Source: Deltaproteobacteria bacterium (lineage in GTDB: Bacteria > Desulfobacterota > Desulfarculia > Desulfarculales > Desulfarculaceae). Taken from it: DNA of 64,000 nucleotides. The notes beneath the pieces were generated by a model. That model saw nothing but the letters and a program-made list of their open reading frames with translations. It made no database searches and had not been told where the DNA came from. Location: NCBI GenBank assembly GCA_020444205.1, contig JAHLLJ010000004.1:9284-73283 (forward strand), in the 5' to 3' direction. The translations under genes were made by a program, and so were the position numbers. This document shows, one piece after another, positions 18,945 through 28,707 of this stretch. Position 1 is the stretch's first letter, and each line of letters starts with the position of its first letter.

Positions 18945-19847
18945 TTAATAAAGGGCTTCCGGTCCGTGCTTGGCGAAAAGCTCGCCGTCGCGCAGGCCCT
19001 GCTCATAGCTTTCGCGCACCAAATCCGGGTTGGCCTTTTCCCATTTAGAGATAGCCAAGTCCCGGGAAGGCTGGGCATAGGTAACGCCGGGCCGCCCCTT
19101 CAGCTCCTCGGCCGGGTAGCGGCGGGTGAGCAGCACCAGCACTGGCGTCTCGTGCAGGCCCATCAGCTCCAAGGGGGCGTTGTCCAAAATGCCGCCGTCC
19201 ACCACCTTGCAGCCACTCCAGGTGCACCAGGGCACCATGGGCGGCAGGCAAGATGAGGCTACCACCAAATCCGCCAGGTCCTTGACCGTGGTGCATTCGG
19301 AGGCGTGGCCCACCATGGGTTGGAAGCCCAGCTTGCGGGCGTAGCGATGGTGCACCGGATCGCCTAAGCTCTTGTCCAGGCCGTAGCCCAAATAACCCAG
19401 CCCCACCCCCAGGGCCGACTTGGCCCAGCCAGGAGGGCGGCTCATGAAGATGCGCAGGTCCGGACCCTGCTTGAGGCGTTGGAAGGGTTCGCCCTCCAGC
19501 ACCGATTCCAGGGCTTCGCGGTACACCTTGAGGCCGGTGGGATCGGGTAGAAAAGGGTTGCGCCCGGGACGGGCATACTTGGCCCGGTAGGTGTGGGCGG
19601 CGTGGTAATACTCCATGGCCGCTTCAATCTCACCGGCAAAGATATGGCAGGCAGTGCTGGCTCCGGCGCTTACCCCGGCCACCGCCGTGGGGGCTAGGCC
19701 CAGGGCCGAGGCCGCTGCCTGCCAAAAGCCGCCCTGCCAAAAACAGCGCGATCCGCCGCCCGCGAAGATCACGCTTTTATATGAATTTTGTTCATTCATG
19801 CTGCCCGGATCGTCCCCAGGGGTAATACAATATTCTTCGAATTCCAC
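18945..19847 (-). CDS. Patatin-like phospholipase/esterase; start may be ATG at 19799
   Basis: GGGSR oxyanion loop, GVSAG nucleophile, DGG motif. Confidence 0.88.
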   Translation of the reverse strand: MEFEEYCITPGDDPGSMNEQNSYKSVIFAGGGSRCFWQGGFWQAAASALGLAPTAVAGVSAGASTACHIFAGEIEAAMEYYHAAHTYRAKYARPGRNPFLPDPTGLKVYREALESVLEGEPFQRLKQGPDLRIFMSRPPGWAKSALGVGLGYLGYGLDKSLGDPVHHRYARKLGFQPMVGHASECTTVKDLADLVVASSCLPPMVPWCTWSGCKVVDGGILDNAPLELMGLHETPVLVLLTRRYPAEELKGRPGVTYAQPSRDLAISKWEKANPDLVRESYEQGLRDGELFAKHGPEALY

Positions 19848-19899
19848 CTTTAATTATTATGACCATTTCGCCCCTGGGGCAAATGTCTAAATCTAAATT

Positions 19900-19936
19900 A
19901 ATGCCCGCCCCGATGCGAAAAATCGGGGCGGGCGTT
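19900..19936. terminator. Intrinsic terminator-like hairpin downstream of the fadA-like gene
   Basis: AATGCCCGCCCCGAT-GCGAAAA-ATCGGGGCGGGCGTT, about 15-bp stem with A/T-rich flanks. Confidence 0.75.
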
Positions 19937-19958
19937 GTTTAGGCTGGTTGTTATCTGG

Positions 19959-21167
19959 CTAGGCTTCGCGCTCGATAATGGTGGCTACGCCCTGGCCGCC
20001 GCCTACGCAGGCGTTGGCGCAGCCCCAGCGGGCGCCCTTGGTCTCCAAGATGCGGGCCAGGGTGCCGATGAGCCGGTTGCCGGTAGCGCCCAGGGGATGG
20101 CCGATGGCCAGGCCGCCGCCCATCACGTTGACCCGTTCTGGGTCCAAACCCAGCTCCTTGATGCAGTTCAGGGCCACGATGGCAAAGGCCTCGTTGATCT
20201 CCCAGTAGTCGATGTCACCCGGGGACATGCCCAGCTTTTCCAGGGCCTTGAGGCTGGCGGGCACCGGTCCCTGGCCCATGATGGTGGGGTCCACCCCGGC
20301 AAAGCCGATGGAGCGGATGGTGGCCAGGGGTTTGATGCCCTTGGCCTGGGCTTTTTCCTTGGACATGAGCATCAGGCCAGTGCCTGCCGCGTTCAGAGGC
20401 GAGCTGACTCCGGCGGTTATGACTCCGTCTTTCTTGAAGGCGGGCTTCAGGGAGGCCAGCCCCTCCATGGTGGTGTCGCCGCGCACTGCTTGGTCCTTGG
20501 TAACGCTCATTACCGAGCCGTCGGCCTGGGGGGCGTCCATGGGTAGTATCTCGCCGTCAAAGAAGCCCGAATCCTGGGCCTGGGCCGCCCGGTGATGGGA
20601 ACGCACCGCCCACTCGTCCATTTCATCTTTGGTGCAACCGGATTGGGCAAATAGCTTCTCAGCGGTGAGTCCCATGTTCATGGCGCTCATCATGTCCCAA
20701 TGGCCGTAGGCGGGATTCAGGAAGAGTTGCAGGTTGGGCGCGACCAGAGCGCGATCCTTGGTGGTGCCGCCCATGGGCACCCGGGTCATGTGCTCCATGC
20801 CGCCCACCATGACCACGTCGGCGAAACCCTGGGCTATCTCCATGAAACCGATGTGCACTCCAGCCATTGCCGAGCCGCACTGCTGGTCCACGAACTTGGC
20901 GGCAATGGTTTCGGGCAGGTTGGCCAGGAAGATGGGAGTGCGGCCGCCATAGGTCCACTGCTCGCCCACTCCGGTGGCCGATCCCACGATAAAGTCGTCC
21001 ACCTCCTCGGGCTTGACTCCGGAGCGCTCGATTAGCTCGGGCAGCACCTTGGCCAGCAGCTCATCGGCCCTGAGGGCATGGAACCAGTCGCGGCCCGGGT
21101 CATTGGGGCGGCAGCGGGATTGGGCCGTGCGCAGGTATGCGGCGATCACCACCTCTTGCATGGTCAT
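19959..21167 (-). CDS. 3-ketoacyl-CoA thiolase (FadA-like); start may be 21161
   Basis: QQCGS, NEAF, GHPLGATG, CVGGGQG; directly follows the fadB-like gene. Confidence 0.93.
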   Translation of the reverse strand: MTMQEVVIAAYLRTAQSRCRPNDPGRDWFHALRADELLAKVLPELIERSGVKPEEVDDFIVGSATGVGEQWTYGGRTPIFLANLPETIAAKFVDQQCGSAMAGVHIGFMEIAQGFADVVMVGGMEHMTRVPMGGTTKDRALVAPNLQLFLNPAYGHWDMMSAMNMGLTAEKLFAQSGCTKDEMDEWAVRSHHRAAQAQDSGFFDGEILPMDAPQADGSVMSVTKDQAVRGDTTMEGLASLKPAFKKDGVITAGVSSPLNAAGTGLMLMSKEKAQAKGIKPLATIRSIGFAGVDPTIMGQGPVPASLKALEKLGMSPGDIDYWEINEAFAIVALNCIKELGLDPERVNVMGGGLAIGHPLGATGNRLIGTLARILETKGARWGCANACVGGGQGVATIIEREA

Positions 21168-21172
21168 TCTCC

Positions 21173-23302
21173 TTATTCCTGGTAAAAGGTTTGGCCCTGG
21201 GCGGCCATTGTTTTAATAAGTTCGGCCGGGGCAAAGCGGGCGCCGTAACGGTCCTCCAGCTCGGTGAGCTTGGCCAGCACCTGGTCCAGGCCCCACTTGT
21301 CCGCGTAGCGCAAGATGCCGCCGCGAAAGGGCGGGAAGCCGGTGCCGTAGATCATGGCCAGGTCCATGTCCGCCGGGCGGTCGCAGATACCTTCCTGCAT
21401 CATCAAGGCGGCCTCGTTGATGCCGTTGGCCAGCATCACATCGATAATCTCTTGCTTGCTCATTTCGCGGGGGGCCACCTGGTTTTTTTTAAGGTAATCG
21501 GCCAGCACCTGGGCCACCCGGGGATTGGGCACCGGTTCGGGGCCGCTGTAATCAAAGTAGCCCCTACCGGTTTTGCGGCCGTAGTCTCCCAAAGCGTAGA
21601 TGGCCTCGGTGAGGGGATGGACCTTGTAGCGGTCGCCCAGGCGGCGGGCGAAGGTTTGGTTCACGTGATAGTTGATGTCGATTCCGGTGAGGTCGGACAG
21701 GGTGGCCGGCCCCATGGGCATGCCGTAGTCGAGCATGGCCTTCTCAATATCCACCGGGCTCACGCCGTCGGACATGAGGAACACCGAGCCGCCCATGAGC
21801 CCGCCCAGCTGGCGCGACACATAGAAGCCGGGTCCGTCGTTGACCACCACCGGCACCTTTTTGATGGCGCGGCCAAAGGCCACGCTGGTGGCCAGGGTCT
21901 GGTCCGAGGTCTGCTCCGCGCAGATGATCTCCAGCAGAGGCATGCGCTCGGCCGGGTTGAAAAAGTGCAGCCCGATCATGCGGCCGGGGTCGGCCAGCAC
22001 CGTGGCCATCTCGGTGATGGGCAGGGCCGAGGTGTTGGTGGCGAAGATCACCTCTGGGCGGCAGATGCCTTCCAGCTTTTTCCAGATGTCCTGCTTCACC
22101 TCCATGTTTTCCAACACCGCCTCGATCACCAGGTCCACCTCGGCCAGGTCTTCCAGCTTGGTGGTGGTGGTGAGCTTTTGGCTCAGCAAGGCCTCGAGCT
22201 GCTCGGGCTTGATCTTCTTGGTCTTGAGCTTGTAGGCAAAGGTTTTCTTGATGGCTGCCAGGGCCTTTTCCAGGGCTTGGTCGTCGACCTCCCACAGCAT
22301 TGCCTCCAGGCCGGAGGATAGCAGCAAATGCACGATGCTCGAGCCCATGACCCCGCCGCCCAACATGCCCACCTTTTGTGGTTTGGCCGGGGTCAGGCCC
22401 TTGATGCGGGGCAAGCGCCCGGCGGAGCGCTCGTTTAAAAAAATGCCGATGAGGTTTTTGGCCACGTCGGAGACCAGGCAGTCGCCGAACAGCTCGGCCT
22501 CGCGGGCGATGTCCGCCTCAAAGTCGGTGGTCAGGCCCTTTTCCACCGCCTCGATGATCTTGAAGGGCGCGATGTAGCCCTTGGCTTTGGGCGCGGTCTG
22601 GGCCTTGATGAAATTGATCAGATGTTCTTTTTCGCCGGCACTGGGCAAGCGGTCAAAGCGGCGGCTGGCCATGCGGCTTCTGTGGCTCAGCTCTCCTTTT
22701 TTGAATTTTTCAGCTGCGACCAGGGACGCCTCGCGTAGCTGGTCCAGAGGCACCACTTCATCCACCAAGCCCAGGGACCAGGCCTTTTGGGCCTTGATGA
22801 ACTTGCCGGTTAGCATCAGGTCCAGGGCGTCGGGCAGGCCGATGACCCGGGGCATACGCTGGGTGCCCGCGCTGCCGGGCAGCAGGCCCAGCTTGACCTC
22901 GGGCAGACCCAGGCTCACTCCTTGGGCGGCGATGCGGTAGTGGCAGGCCAAGGCGATCTCCATGCCCCCACCAAGGCAGTTGCCGTTGATGGCCGCGATA
23001 ACCGGCTTGGCTGATGCCTCCAGAGAGTTTAGCCAGGCATGCACGTCCATGAGCTTGGCTACAAAAGGAGCCTTTTCCTTGACCGTGAGCAGCTGGGTGA
23101 CGTCGGCCCCGGCCACGAAGTTTTTGCCCGTGCCGGTGAGGATTATCGCCTTCACCTGCGGGTCCTCCACCGCCTCCAGGGTGGCCTGCTTCAGCTCCAA
23201 GACAAAATGCTCGGACATCTGGTTGACCGGCGGATTGTCCATCTGCACGACGGCCACTCCGTCGATCAGCTCCACCTTGACCGCTTGGTACTGAGTGTTC
23301 AT
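21173..23302 (-). CDS. Multifunctional enoyl-CoA hydratase / 3-hydroxyacyl-CoA dehydrogenase (FadB/FadJ-like)
   Basis: N-terminal crotonase (FVAGADV, GGGME, LPEVKLG) followed by HAD (GGGVMG, TNTS, HFFNPAERMPLLE); 709 aa. Confidence 0.93.
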   Translation of the reverse strand: MNTQYQAVKVELIDGVAVVQMDNPPVNQMSEHFVLELKQATLEAVEDPQVKAIILTGTGKNFVAGADVTQLLTVKEKAPFVAKLMDVHAWLNSLEASAKPVIAAINGNCLGGGMEIALACHYRIAAQGVSLGLPEVKLGLLPGSAGTQRMPRVIGLPDALDLMLTGKFIKAQKAWSLGLVDEVVPLDQLREASLVAAEKFKKGELSHRSRMASRRFDRLPSAGEKEHLINFIKAQTAPKAKGYIAPFKIIEAVEKGLTTDFEADIAREAELFGDCLVSDVAKNLIGIFLNERSAGRLPRIKGLTPAKPQKVGMLGGGVMGSSIVHLLLSSGLEAMLWEVDDQALEKALAAIKKTFAYKLKTKKIKPEQLEALLSQKLTTTTKLEDLAEVDLVIEAVLENMEVKQDIWKKLEGICRPEVIFATNTSALPITEMATVLADPGRMIGLHFFNPAERMPLLEIICAEQTSDQTLATSVAFGRAIKKVPVVVNDGPGFYVSRQLGGLMGGSVFLMSDGVSPVDIEKAMLDYGMPMGPATLSDLTGIDINYHVNQTFARRLGDRYKVHPLTEAIYALGDYGRKTGRGYFDYSGPEPVPNPRVAQVLADYLKKNQVAPREMSKQEIIDVMLANGINEAALMMQEGICDRPADMDLAMIYGTGFPPFRGGILRYADKWGLDQVLAKLTELEDRYGARFAPAELIKTMAAQGQTFYQE

Positions 23303-23503
23303 TTCCCTCTCCCTGAACCAAAAAGGCTGCCCTCACCGGTCCGACGACGTTTTCGCGGCGGGATTTTCACCTGTAGAAGCCCCGGCGAGCCTGTCCGGCC
23401 GCCGGCATGGCCTTACAATTGTGCTGCTTCCGAATGGTTAAGGCCGTTATTATGCTTACAAATAACGTATTGCGTTGCTCAAAACTAAACTCGCAACACA
23501 TAG

Positions 23504-23534
23504 ATTATACAAATAAAGACATGATCCATTGCAA
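23504..23534 (-). promoter_or_regulatory. Candidate sigma70 promoter for the fadB-like gene with 19-bp spacer
   Basis: Minus strand TTGCAA-N19-TATAAT. Confidence 0.45.
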
Positions 23535-23536
23535 GC

Positions 23537-23561
23537 AAAAAATGAACGATAGTTCGGAAAA
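23537..23561. promoter_or_regulatory. Candidate TetR-type operator, copy 2
   Basis: AAAAAATGAACGATAGTTCGGAAAA; matches 11994-12018 at 22/25 positions. Confidence 0.6.
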
Positions 23562-23615
23562 ACAGGCTAACGTGCGAAGTGCGGATCCAGGGCGGCGCTG
23601 GTCAGGGCGGGGCGC

Positions 23616-24305
23616 TCAGGTACGGGGTTTTTCCTGGAGGTACTCGCGCGCATACTTGCGGTATAGGTGGTAAAAGAGCACGCCCATGATCTCATGGCCC
23701 CTCAGGGCCAGCTCTTCGCGCTCGCTGGGCTTCATGTCCACGGTGGCCCGGCGGAAGTCTTCGATAAGGTCCTTGGCCACCTTTTTAAAGGTGTCGGCCA
23801 GCATGGGTAGAGTCACCTCGGGCTGGAAGTTGTTGGCCCGGTTGATGCCCAGCTTGGCCATGTTCACCATCACCTTGCCGATGATGATGTCGTCCTGGGT
23901 GTAGACGTTTTCGCCGTTTTCGACCTTGGAGCTGATGAGCTTCCATTCCTTGAGTATGGGCAGCCAGCGCGCGGCCAGGCTGGTGGCCTTGAGATAAGCT
24001 TCGTCTCCCACCACCCCGGTTCCCAGGTAGTGCTCCATGGGACGGAAATATTCGGTACGCAGCTTGAGCATGGCCATCTTGCTGGCGCTTCGGTTCTCCC
24101 ACATGATTTTTTTGATGGTGGGCAGGGGCAGGAAGAAGTCGTTTTGCAACTCTTTTATGAGCTTGATGCGCTCTACGTAGCTTTCATCGTAATCAGCGGA
24201 GTTGGAGCCCAGCTTGCGGGGCTTGGGCAGAAGGCCGGACCTTATATAATAATGGATGGTCTGTTTGGGCACGTCCGTGCGTTTGGCCAACTCACTTATC
24301 TTCAT
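23616..24305 (-). CDS. MerR family regulator (start re-called at MKISELAK)
   Basis: MKISELAKRTDVPKQTIHYYIRSGLLPKP MerR HTH; GGAGG RBS. Confidence 0.9.
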   Translation of the reverse strand: MKISELAKRTDVPKQTIHYYIRSGLLPKPRKLGSNSADYDESYVERIKLIKELQNDFFLPLPTIKKIMWENRSASKMAMLKLRTEYFRPMEHYLGTGVVGDEAYLKATSLAARWLPILKEWKLISSKVENGENVYTQDDIIIGKVMVNMAKLGINRANNFQPEVTLPMLADTFKKVAKDLIEDFRRATVDMKPSEREELALRGHEIMGVLFYHLYRKYAREYLQEKPRT

Positions 24306-24853
24306 CGCAACCCAGCCTCCCCCGATTCGTTGCAAATGCCTTAGTAATTTGGGAGCGTATGAATCATATTCATAATTGGGATACCTTTTTACACTATCCT
24401 GCTGCAAAACCCAAATCATTGCATTGTACTGGGCTGAGATTGGCTTGGCCGCGCCTTAGGCATTTTGTGGCCTGGCCTGCCGGGCGAGGGTCGCCGCCGC
24501 TCGCCTGTTAGGACCCGTGGCAGGTGTTTGCGGCTTTGCCCATCATGGTGAAGCAACTTGGCACATGATCGCATAATGTACTTAAGTTGGCAAGATATCT
24601 TTAAGTTAATACTAAAATAAATAATCTACACGAATAGCTTGACTAAACGTTGAGCGCGAATATACAGTATACGTTAAGAAAGCGAACCGGAAATCAGGGA
24701 GCCCGTTCTTCAAGGACAAAGCATTCAAAGCTTCCAGCTGCGGCGGACCCCCTACCTCCTTGGGATGAGTGGCCGAAGCAAACCCCAGACCGGGTCACGG
24801 CGCAGCTCAAAATGCCGTAATCGCTTTCCAGAGATGAAAAAGGAGTGGGCAAT

Positions 24854-24967
24854 ATGCCAAAATGGCTTGGAGCATACTCAAGGCTAGCCCGCATCCTCGC
24901 ATCCTTTGCTTCAGCACAGACTCATGCATTCCCCCCAGAGGGGCAATGCCGCGAACCCAGCCGATAG
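24854..24967 (+). CDS. Possible 37-aa small ORF in the ABC operon leader
   Basis: AAAAGGAG-N8-ATG; MPKWLGAYSRLARILASFASAQTHAFPPEGQCREPSR*; no recognisable motif. Confidence 0.25.
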   Translation: MPKWLGAYSRLARILASFASAQTHAFPPEGQCREPSR

Positions 24968-25318
24968 TCAAAATGGCATTGACCGGCCGACGCAGAACCG
25001 GCCCCAGCTTATCGAATTTATCGAGCCTCGCGCGCCGCGGTGCCGGCGCCAACGGCTGAGCGGATATTAAACCGTACTCTGTGAATATCTGCGCCTCATC
25101 CTGAACTACACCTTGAACCGCAGACAGCTTGATTTTCAGCTTCCTACTGGTCGACCCCGCTGGGGCCCGGCGCCATTTCGGACGCAAGGCTCAAGCAGAG
25201 CAAGGGCGGCGGCTCATGGCTCCCGCCCGGCCAAGGAGACCCGGCCATGGCCGACTTCCGGCAGAGTTCCTGCCCAGGCGGGCGGCCTGGCTCAACAGTC
25301 AAAAGGGAGGGAAGTATC

Positions 25319-26602
25319 ATGCAATTTTTGGGGAGAGTCGGGACAGTGCTGCTGGGGCTGTCTTTGGTGCTGGCCATGTGCCTGCCGGTAGGCGCGGCCG
25401 ATCCGATCAAGATCGGGGTGCTCGGCCCCATGTCCTTTACCCAAGGTGAGGGCCACTGGAACGGTGCCAGCATGGCTGCCGATGAAATAAACAAGGCCGG
25501 TGGAATAAAGGTGGGCGGCGATATGCGGCCCATCAAGCTCGTCAAGGTGGACACCAACGAGTTTCTGAGCATACCCGACGCCACCAATGCCATAGAAATG
25601 GCCATCAGCCGCTATGACGTTGACTTCTTGGTCGGCGGCTTCCGCACCGAGGCGGTGCTGGTGATGCAAGACATCGCCATGGACGCCAAAAAAATATTCA
25701 TTGGATGCGGCGCTGCCCACCCAGAGCTGTGCACCCGGGTCACCAAGGATTACGACCGCTATAAGTATTGGTTCCGCCTGACCCCCATCAACTCCAAGTT
25801 CCTGGGCAAGGTGGACTTCATCCTGCTGGGCACCGCGGCGGCCATTATGAAAAAGAGCCTGGGCATCAAGAAGATCAAGGTGGCGGTGGTTGCCGAAAAG
25901 GCGGCTTGGGCCGATCCCATTGTCAACATATCCAAGAAGCTGCTGCCAGCCAAGATGGGCATGGAGGTGGTTGGTGTCTGGCGCCCCTCGCCGGTGGCCA
26001 AGGACTGCACCGCCGAGCTGGCGGCCATCCAGCGCTCCGGGGCCCACATCGTGTTCACCACGTTCTCCTCTTCGGTGGGCCTGACCTTTGCCAAGCAGAT
26101 GGGCGAGCTCAAGGTTCCCGCGGTGGCGGTGGGCATCAACGTGGAGTCGCAAAAGTCCGGCTTCTGGGAGGCCACCGGCGGCAAGGGTAACTACGTCGAG
26201 ACCATCAACACCTACGCCCGCGTGGCCATCACCCCCAAGACCATTCCTTTCTATGATCAGTACGTAAAGCGCTTCCAGCAGGCGCCTAACTATACCGCCG
26301 GCACCCATGACGCCCTGTTCATCCTCAAGGAGGCGGTGGAGAAGGCCGGAAGCGTCGACTCGGACAAGGTTCTGCCTTTCCTGGAGAAGACCGACTACGT
26401 CGGCACCGCCGGGCGCGTGGTCTTTGGCAAGTCCCACGATGTTACCTGGGGCCCGGGTTATGTGACCGCCCTAGGCACCCAGTGGCAGGACGGCGAGATC
26501 AAGTGCGTGTGGCCCTATCACTGGGAGAAGGTGTTCTACAAGGGCACCGTGCCCTTCAAGCTGCCTCCCTGGGTGGTTGATTACTGGAAGAACAAAAAGT
26601 AA
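25319..26602 (+). CDS. Liv-type ABC transporter substrate-binding protein
   Basis: Signal peptide, IKIGVLGP, AADEINKAGG; GGGAGG RBS; first gene of a livHM..GF operon. Confidence 0.92.
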   Translation: MQFLGRVGTVLLGLSLVLAMCLPVGAADPIKIGVLGPMSFTQGEGHWNGASMAADEINKAGGIKVGGDMRPIKLVKVDTNEFLSIPDATNAIEMAISRYDVDFLVGGFRTEAVLVMQDIAMDAKKIFIGCGAAHPELCTRVTKDYDRYKYWFRLTPINSKFLGKVDFILLGTAAAIMKKSLGIKKIKVAVVAEKAAWADPIVNISKKLLPAKMGMEVVGVWRPSPVAKDCTAELAAIQRSGAHIVFTTFSSSVGLTFAKQMGELKVPAVAVGINVESQKSGFWEATGGKGNYVETINTYARVAITPKTIPFYDQYVKRFQQAPNYTAGTHDALFILKEAVEKAGSVDSDKVLPFLEKTDYVGTAGRVVFGKSHDVTWGPGYVTALGTQWQDGEIKCVWPYHWEKVFYKGTVPFKLPPWVVDYWKNKK

Positions 26603-26611
26603 ACGGCAACC

Positions 26612-26652
26612 CCCTCAGCCCCACAGGGCATCGCACCCGGTGGGGCTGAGGG
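26612..26652 (+). terminator. Stable intercistronic hairpin after the SBP gene (no U-tract; stabiliser or attenuator)
   Basis: CCCTCAGCCCCAC...GTGGGGCTGAGGG, 13-bp stem. Confidence 0.55.
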
Positions 26653-26728
26653 ACGTGACTAGTCAATCCCGGGCGCGGGGCGTATGGGCCGCGCCCGCCA
26701 TCAGGGCTAGCCGCCTAAGGGTGGACGC

Positions 26729-27598
26729 ATGATAATAGACATCGTCATCGACGGCCTGATCAAGGGCAGCGTATACGCCTTGCTGGCCATTGGCTTCTCC
26801 TTGGTGCTGGGCGTGGCGCGCATCATCAACATCGCCCACACCGCCCTGTACATGACCGCCGCGTACCTGATTTACGTGGGCACCAAGCTGATGGGTGTTC
26901 CCGAGCCCGTGGCCATGGTGGCCTCGGTGGTGCTCACCGTGATCCTGGGCGTGCTGATCTACAACTTTTTCATCAAGCCCATTCAGGAACACGAGGCCGC
27001 GGTACTCATAGCCACCATCGCGGTGGCCATGATGATCCAGGAGGTCTTTTTAATGACCTTTGGCGGTCACTACCTGGGCGTCAATCCGCTCATCGACGGC
27101 TATGCCACCATCTTGGGGGTCAAGGTCACCTACCAGCATTTGCTGGCCCTGGGCCTGGCCTTGGTGGTGCTGCTGGCCACCAGGCTGTTTTTGCAAAACA
27201 CCCGCCTAGGCCTGGCCATCCGCTCCACGGCCCAGGACCGGGAGGTGGCCAACCTCATGGGCATGAACGTGACCCGGGTGGCCATGGGCACCATGGCCGT
27301 GTCCGTGGGCATGGCCGCGGTAACCGGGGCTATCGTGGTACCCCTGGTCACCGTGGAGCCCACCATGTGGATGCACCCGTTGATCATGATGCTGGCCATC
27401 GTGGTTTTGGGCGGCCTGGGCAGCATCGAGGGCAGCTTCGTGGGCGCTTACATCCTGGGCTTCGCTGAATCCATGGTGGTGTTTATGGTGCCCATGGGCT
27501 CCTTCCTCAAGGACTCGGTGGCCCTGTCCATCATGATTTTGGTGCTTTTGATCAGACCCGAGGGCCTGTTCGGAGTTTCTTTCGAGGAGGAGCGTTAG
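26729..27598 (+). CDS. livH: Liv-type ABC permease
   Basis: GSVYALLAIGFSLVLGVARIINIAH, TRLGLAIRS, VLGGLGS. Confidence 0.9.
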   Translation: MIIDIVIDGLIKGSVYALLAIGFSLVLGVARIINIAHTALYMTAAYLIYVGTKLMGVPEPVAMVASVVLTVILGVLIYNFFIKPIQEHEAAVLIATIAVAMMIQEVFLMTFGGHYLGVNPLIDGYATILGVKVTYQHLLALGLALVVLLATRLFLQNTRLGLAIRSTAQDREVANLMGMNVTRVAMGTMAVSVGMAAVTGAIVVPLVTVEPTMWMHPLIMMLAIVVLGGLGSIEGSFVGAYILGFAESMVVFMVPMGSFLKDSVALSIMILVLLIRPEGLFGVSFEEER

Positions 27599-27599
27599 C

Positions 27600-28661
27600 A
27601 TGGGCCTGCTGGGCGTTTACTTCCGTAGGACCGTGGGCATCATGCGCACCGAGGTGCTGGTTCTCCCCAGCCGGGTGACAGTGCTCATATTCATCGTGGC
27701 CCTCATGGCTCTGCCGATTTTCACCCAGGACTATTACTTCCTCAGGGTGCTTATCCTCACCTCCATTTTTGCTATTTTCGCGGCGAGTTGGGACTTGCTT
27801 TCAGGCTTCACCGGGCAAATGAACTTTGGCCACGCCCTGTTCTTTGGGGTGGCGGCCTATGTCACTGCCCTATTGAACCTAAAGCTGGGCCTGCCGCCAT
27901 ACTTCTCCATCCCCTTGGGGGCGGTGGGAGGCGTGCTCACCGGCTTGATCGTGGGCATCCCCTGCCTCAGGCTCAAAGGCTCATACCTGGCCCTGACCAC
28001 CTTGGCTTTTCCCATCATCCTTACCGGCGTGGTCTTTGCCATTCCCGAGATCACCGGGGGTGAGTTGGGCCTGTCCGGGCTGTCGCGCCTTACCGGCTCC
28101 AGAGTAATGGACTACTACCTGACCAGCGGCCTGATGCTGATCCTGGGCTTTGCCATGTGGAAGATCACCGATTCCAAGACCGGGATCATCCTGCACGCCA
28201 TCCGCGAGGACGAGCTGGCGGTGCGCACCGCGGGAGTGAACACCACCCGCTACAAGCTCTTGGCCTTTTGCATGAGCGGCTTTTTCGCCGGCGTGGCCGG
28301 TGGGCTATACGCCCATTTCATGCGCCTGGCCGGCCCCAGCGGCTTGGAGGTGGGCCTGTCCTTCCAGGTGATCATCTGGGCGGTGTTCGGCGGCATGGTC
28401 ACCATCTACGGCCCCATAGCCGGGGTCTTCATTCTTTACCCGCTCATGGAGGTGCTGCGCATAGTTCTGGATCAATTCCCCAGCCTGCCCGAAATACGCA
28501 TGTTCATTTTCGCGGCCCTGGTCTTGCTTACCCTGTTGTTCATGCCCGAGGGGCTCATCCCCTGGGTGCGCGACAAGATCGAGACGGAATGCCCCCGCTG
28601 CAAGGTGCGCAACGTCTTCAGCAGGCAAAGGTGCCGCATATGCGACGCCGCCTTGGACTAA
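27600..28661 (+). CDS. livM: Liv-type ABC permease with C-terminal Zn-ribbon-like tail
   Basis: GFTGQMNFGH, LRLKGSYLALTTL, AIREDE, PEGL; tail CPRC-x10-CRIC. Confidence 0.9.
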   Translation: MGLLGVYFRRTVGIMRTEVLVLPSRVTVLIFIVALMALPIFTQDYYFLRVLILTSIFAIFAASWDLLSGFTGQMNFGHALFFGVAAYVTALLNLKLGLPPYFSIPLGAVGGVLTGLIVGIPCLRLKGSYLALTTLAFPIILTGVVFAIPEITGGELGLSGLSRLTGSRVMDYYLTSGLMLILGFAMWKITDSKTGIILHAIREDELAVRTAGVNTTRYKLLAFCMSGFFAGVAGGLYAHFMRLAGPSGLEVGLSFQVIIWAVFGGMVTIYGPIAGVFILYPLMEVLRIVLDQFPSLPEIRMFIFAALVLLTLLFMPEGLIPWVRDKIETECPRCKVRNVFSRQRCRICDAALD

Positions 28662-28707
28662 GTCCCGGCAGATGCTTATCCCCCGGCAACGTGTGAGGTG
28701 AAATAAG

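Noticed and set aside
24559-24573. TGGCACATGATCGCA as a sigma54 promoter
   Set aside because: Only 9 nt separate GG and GC; sigma54 requires 10.
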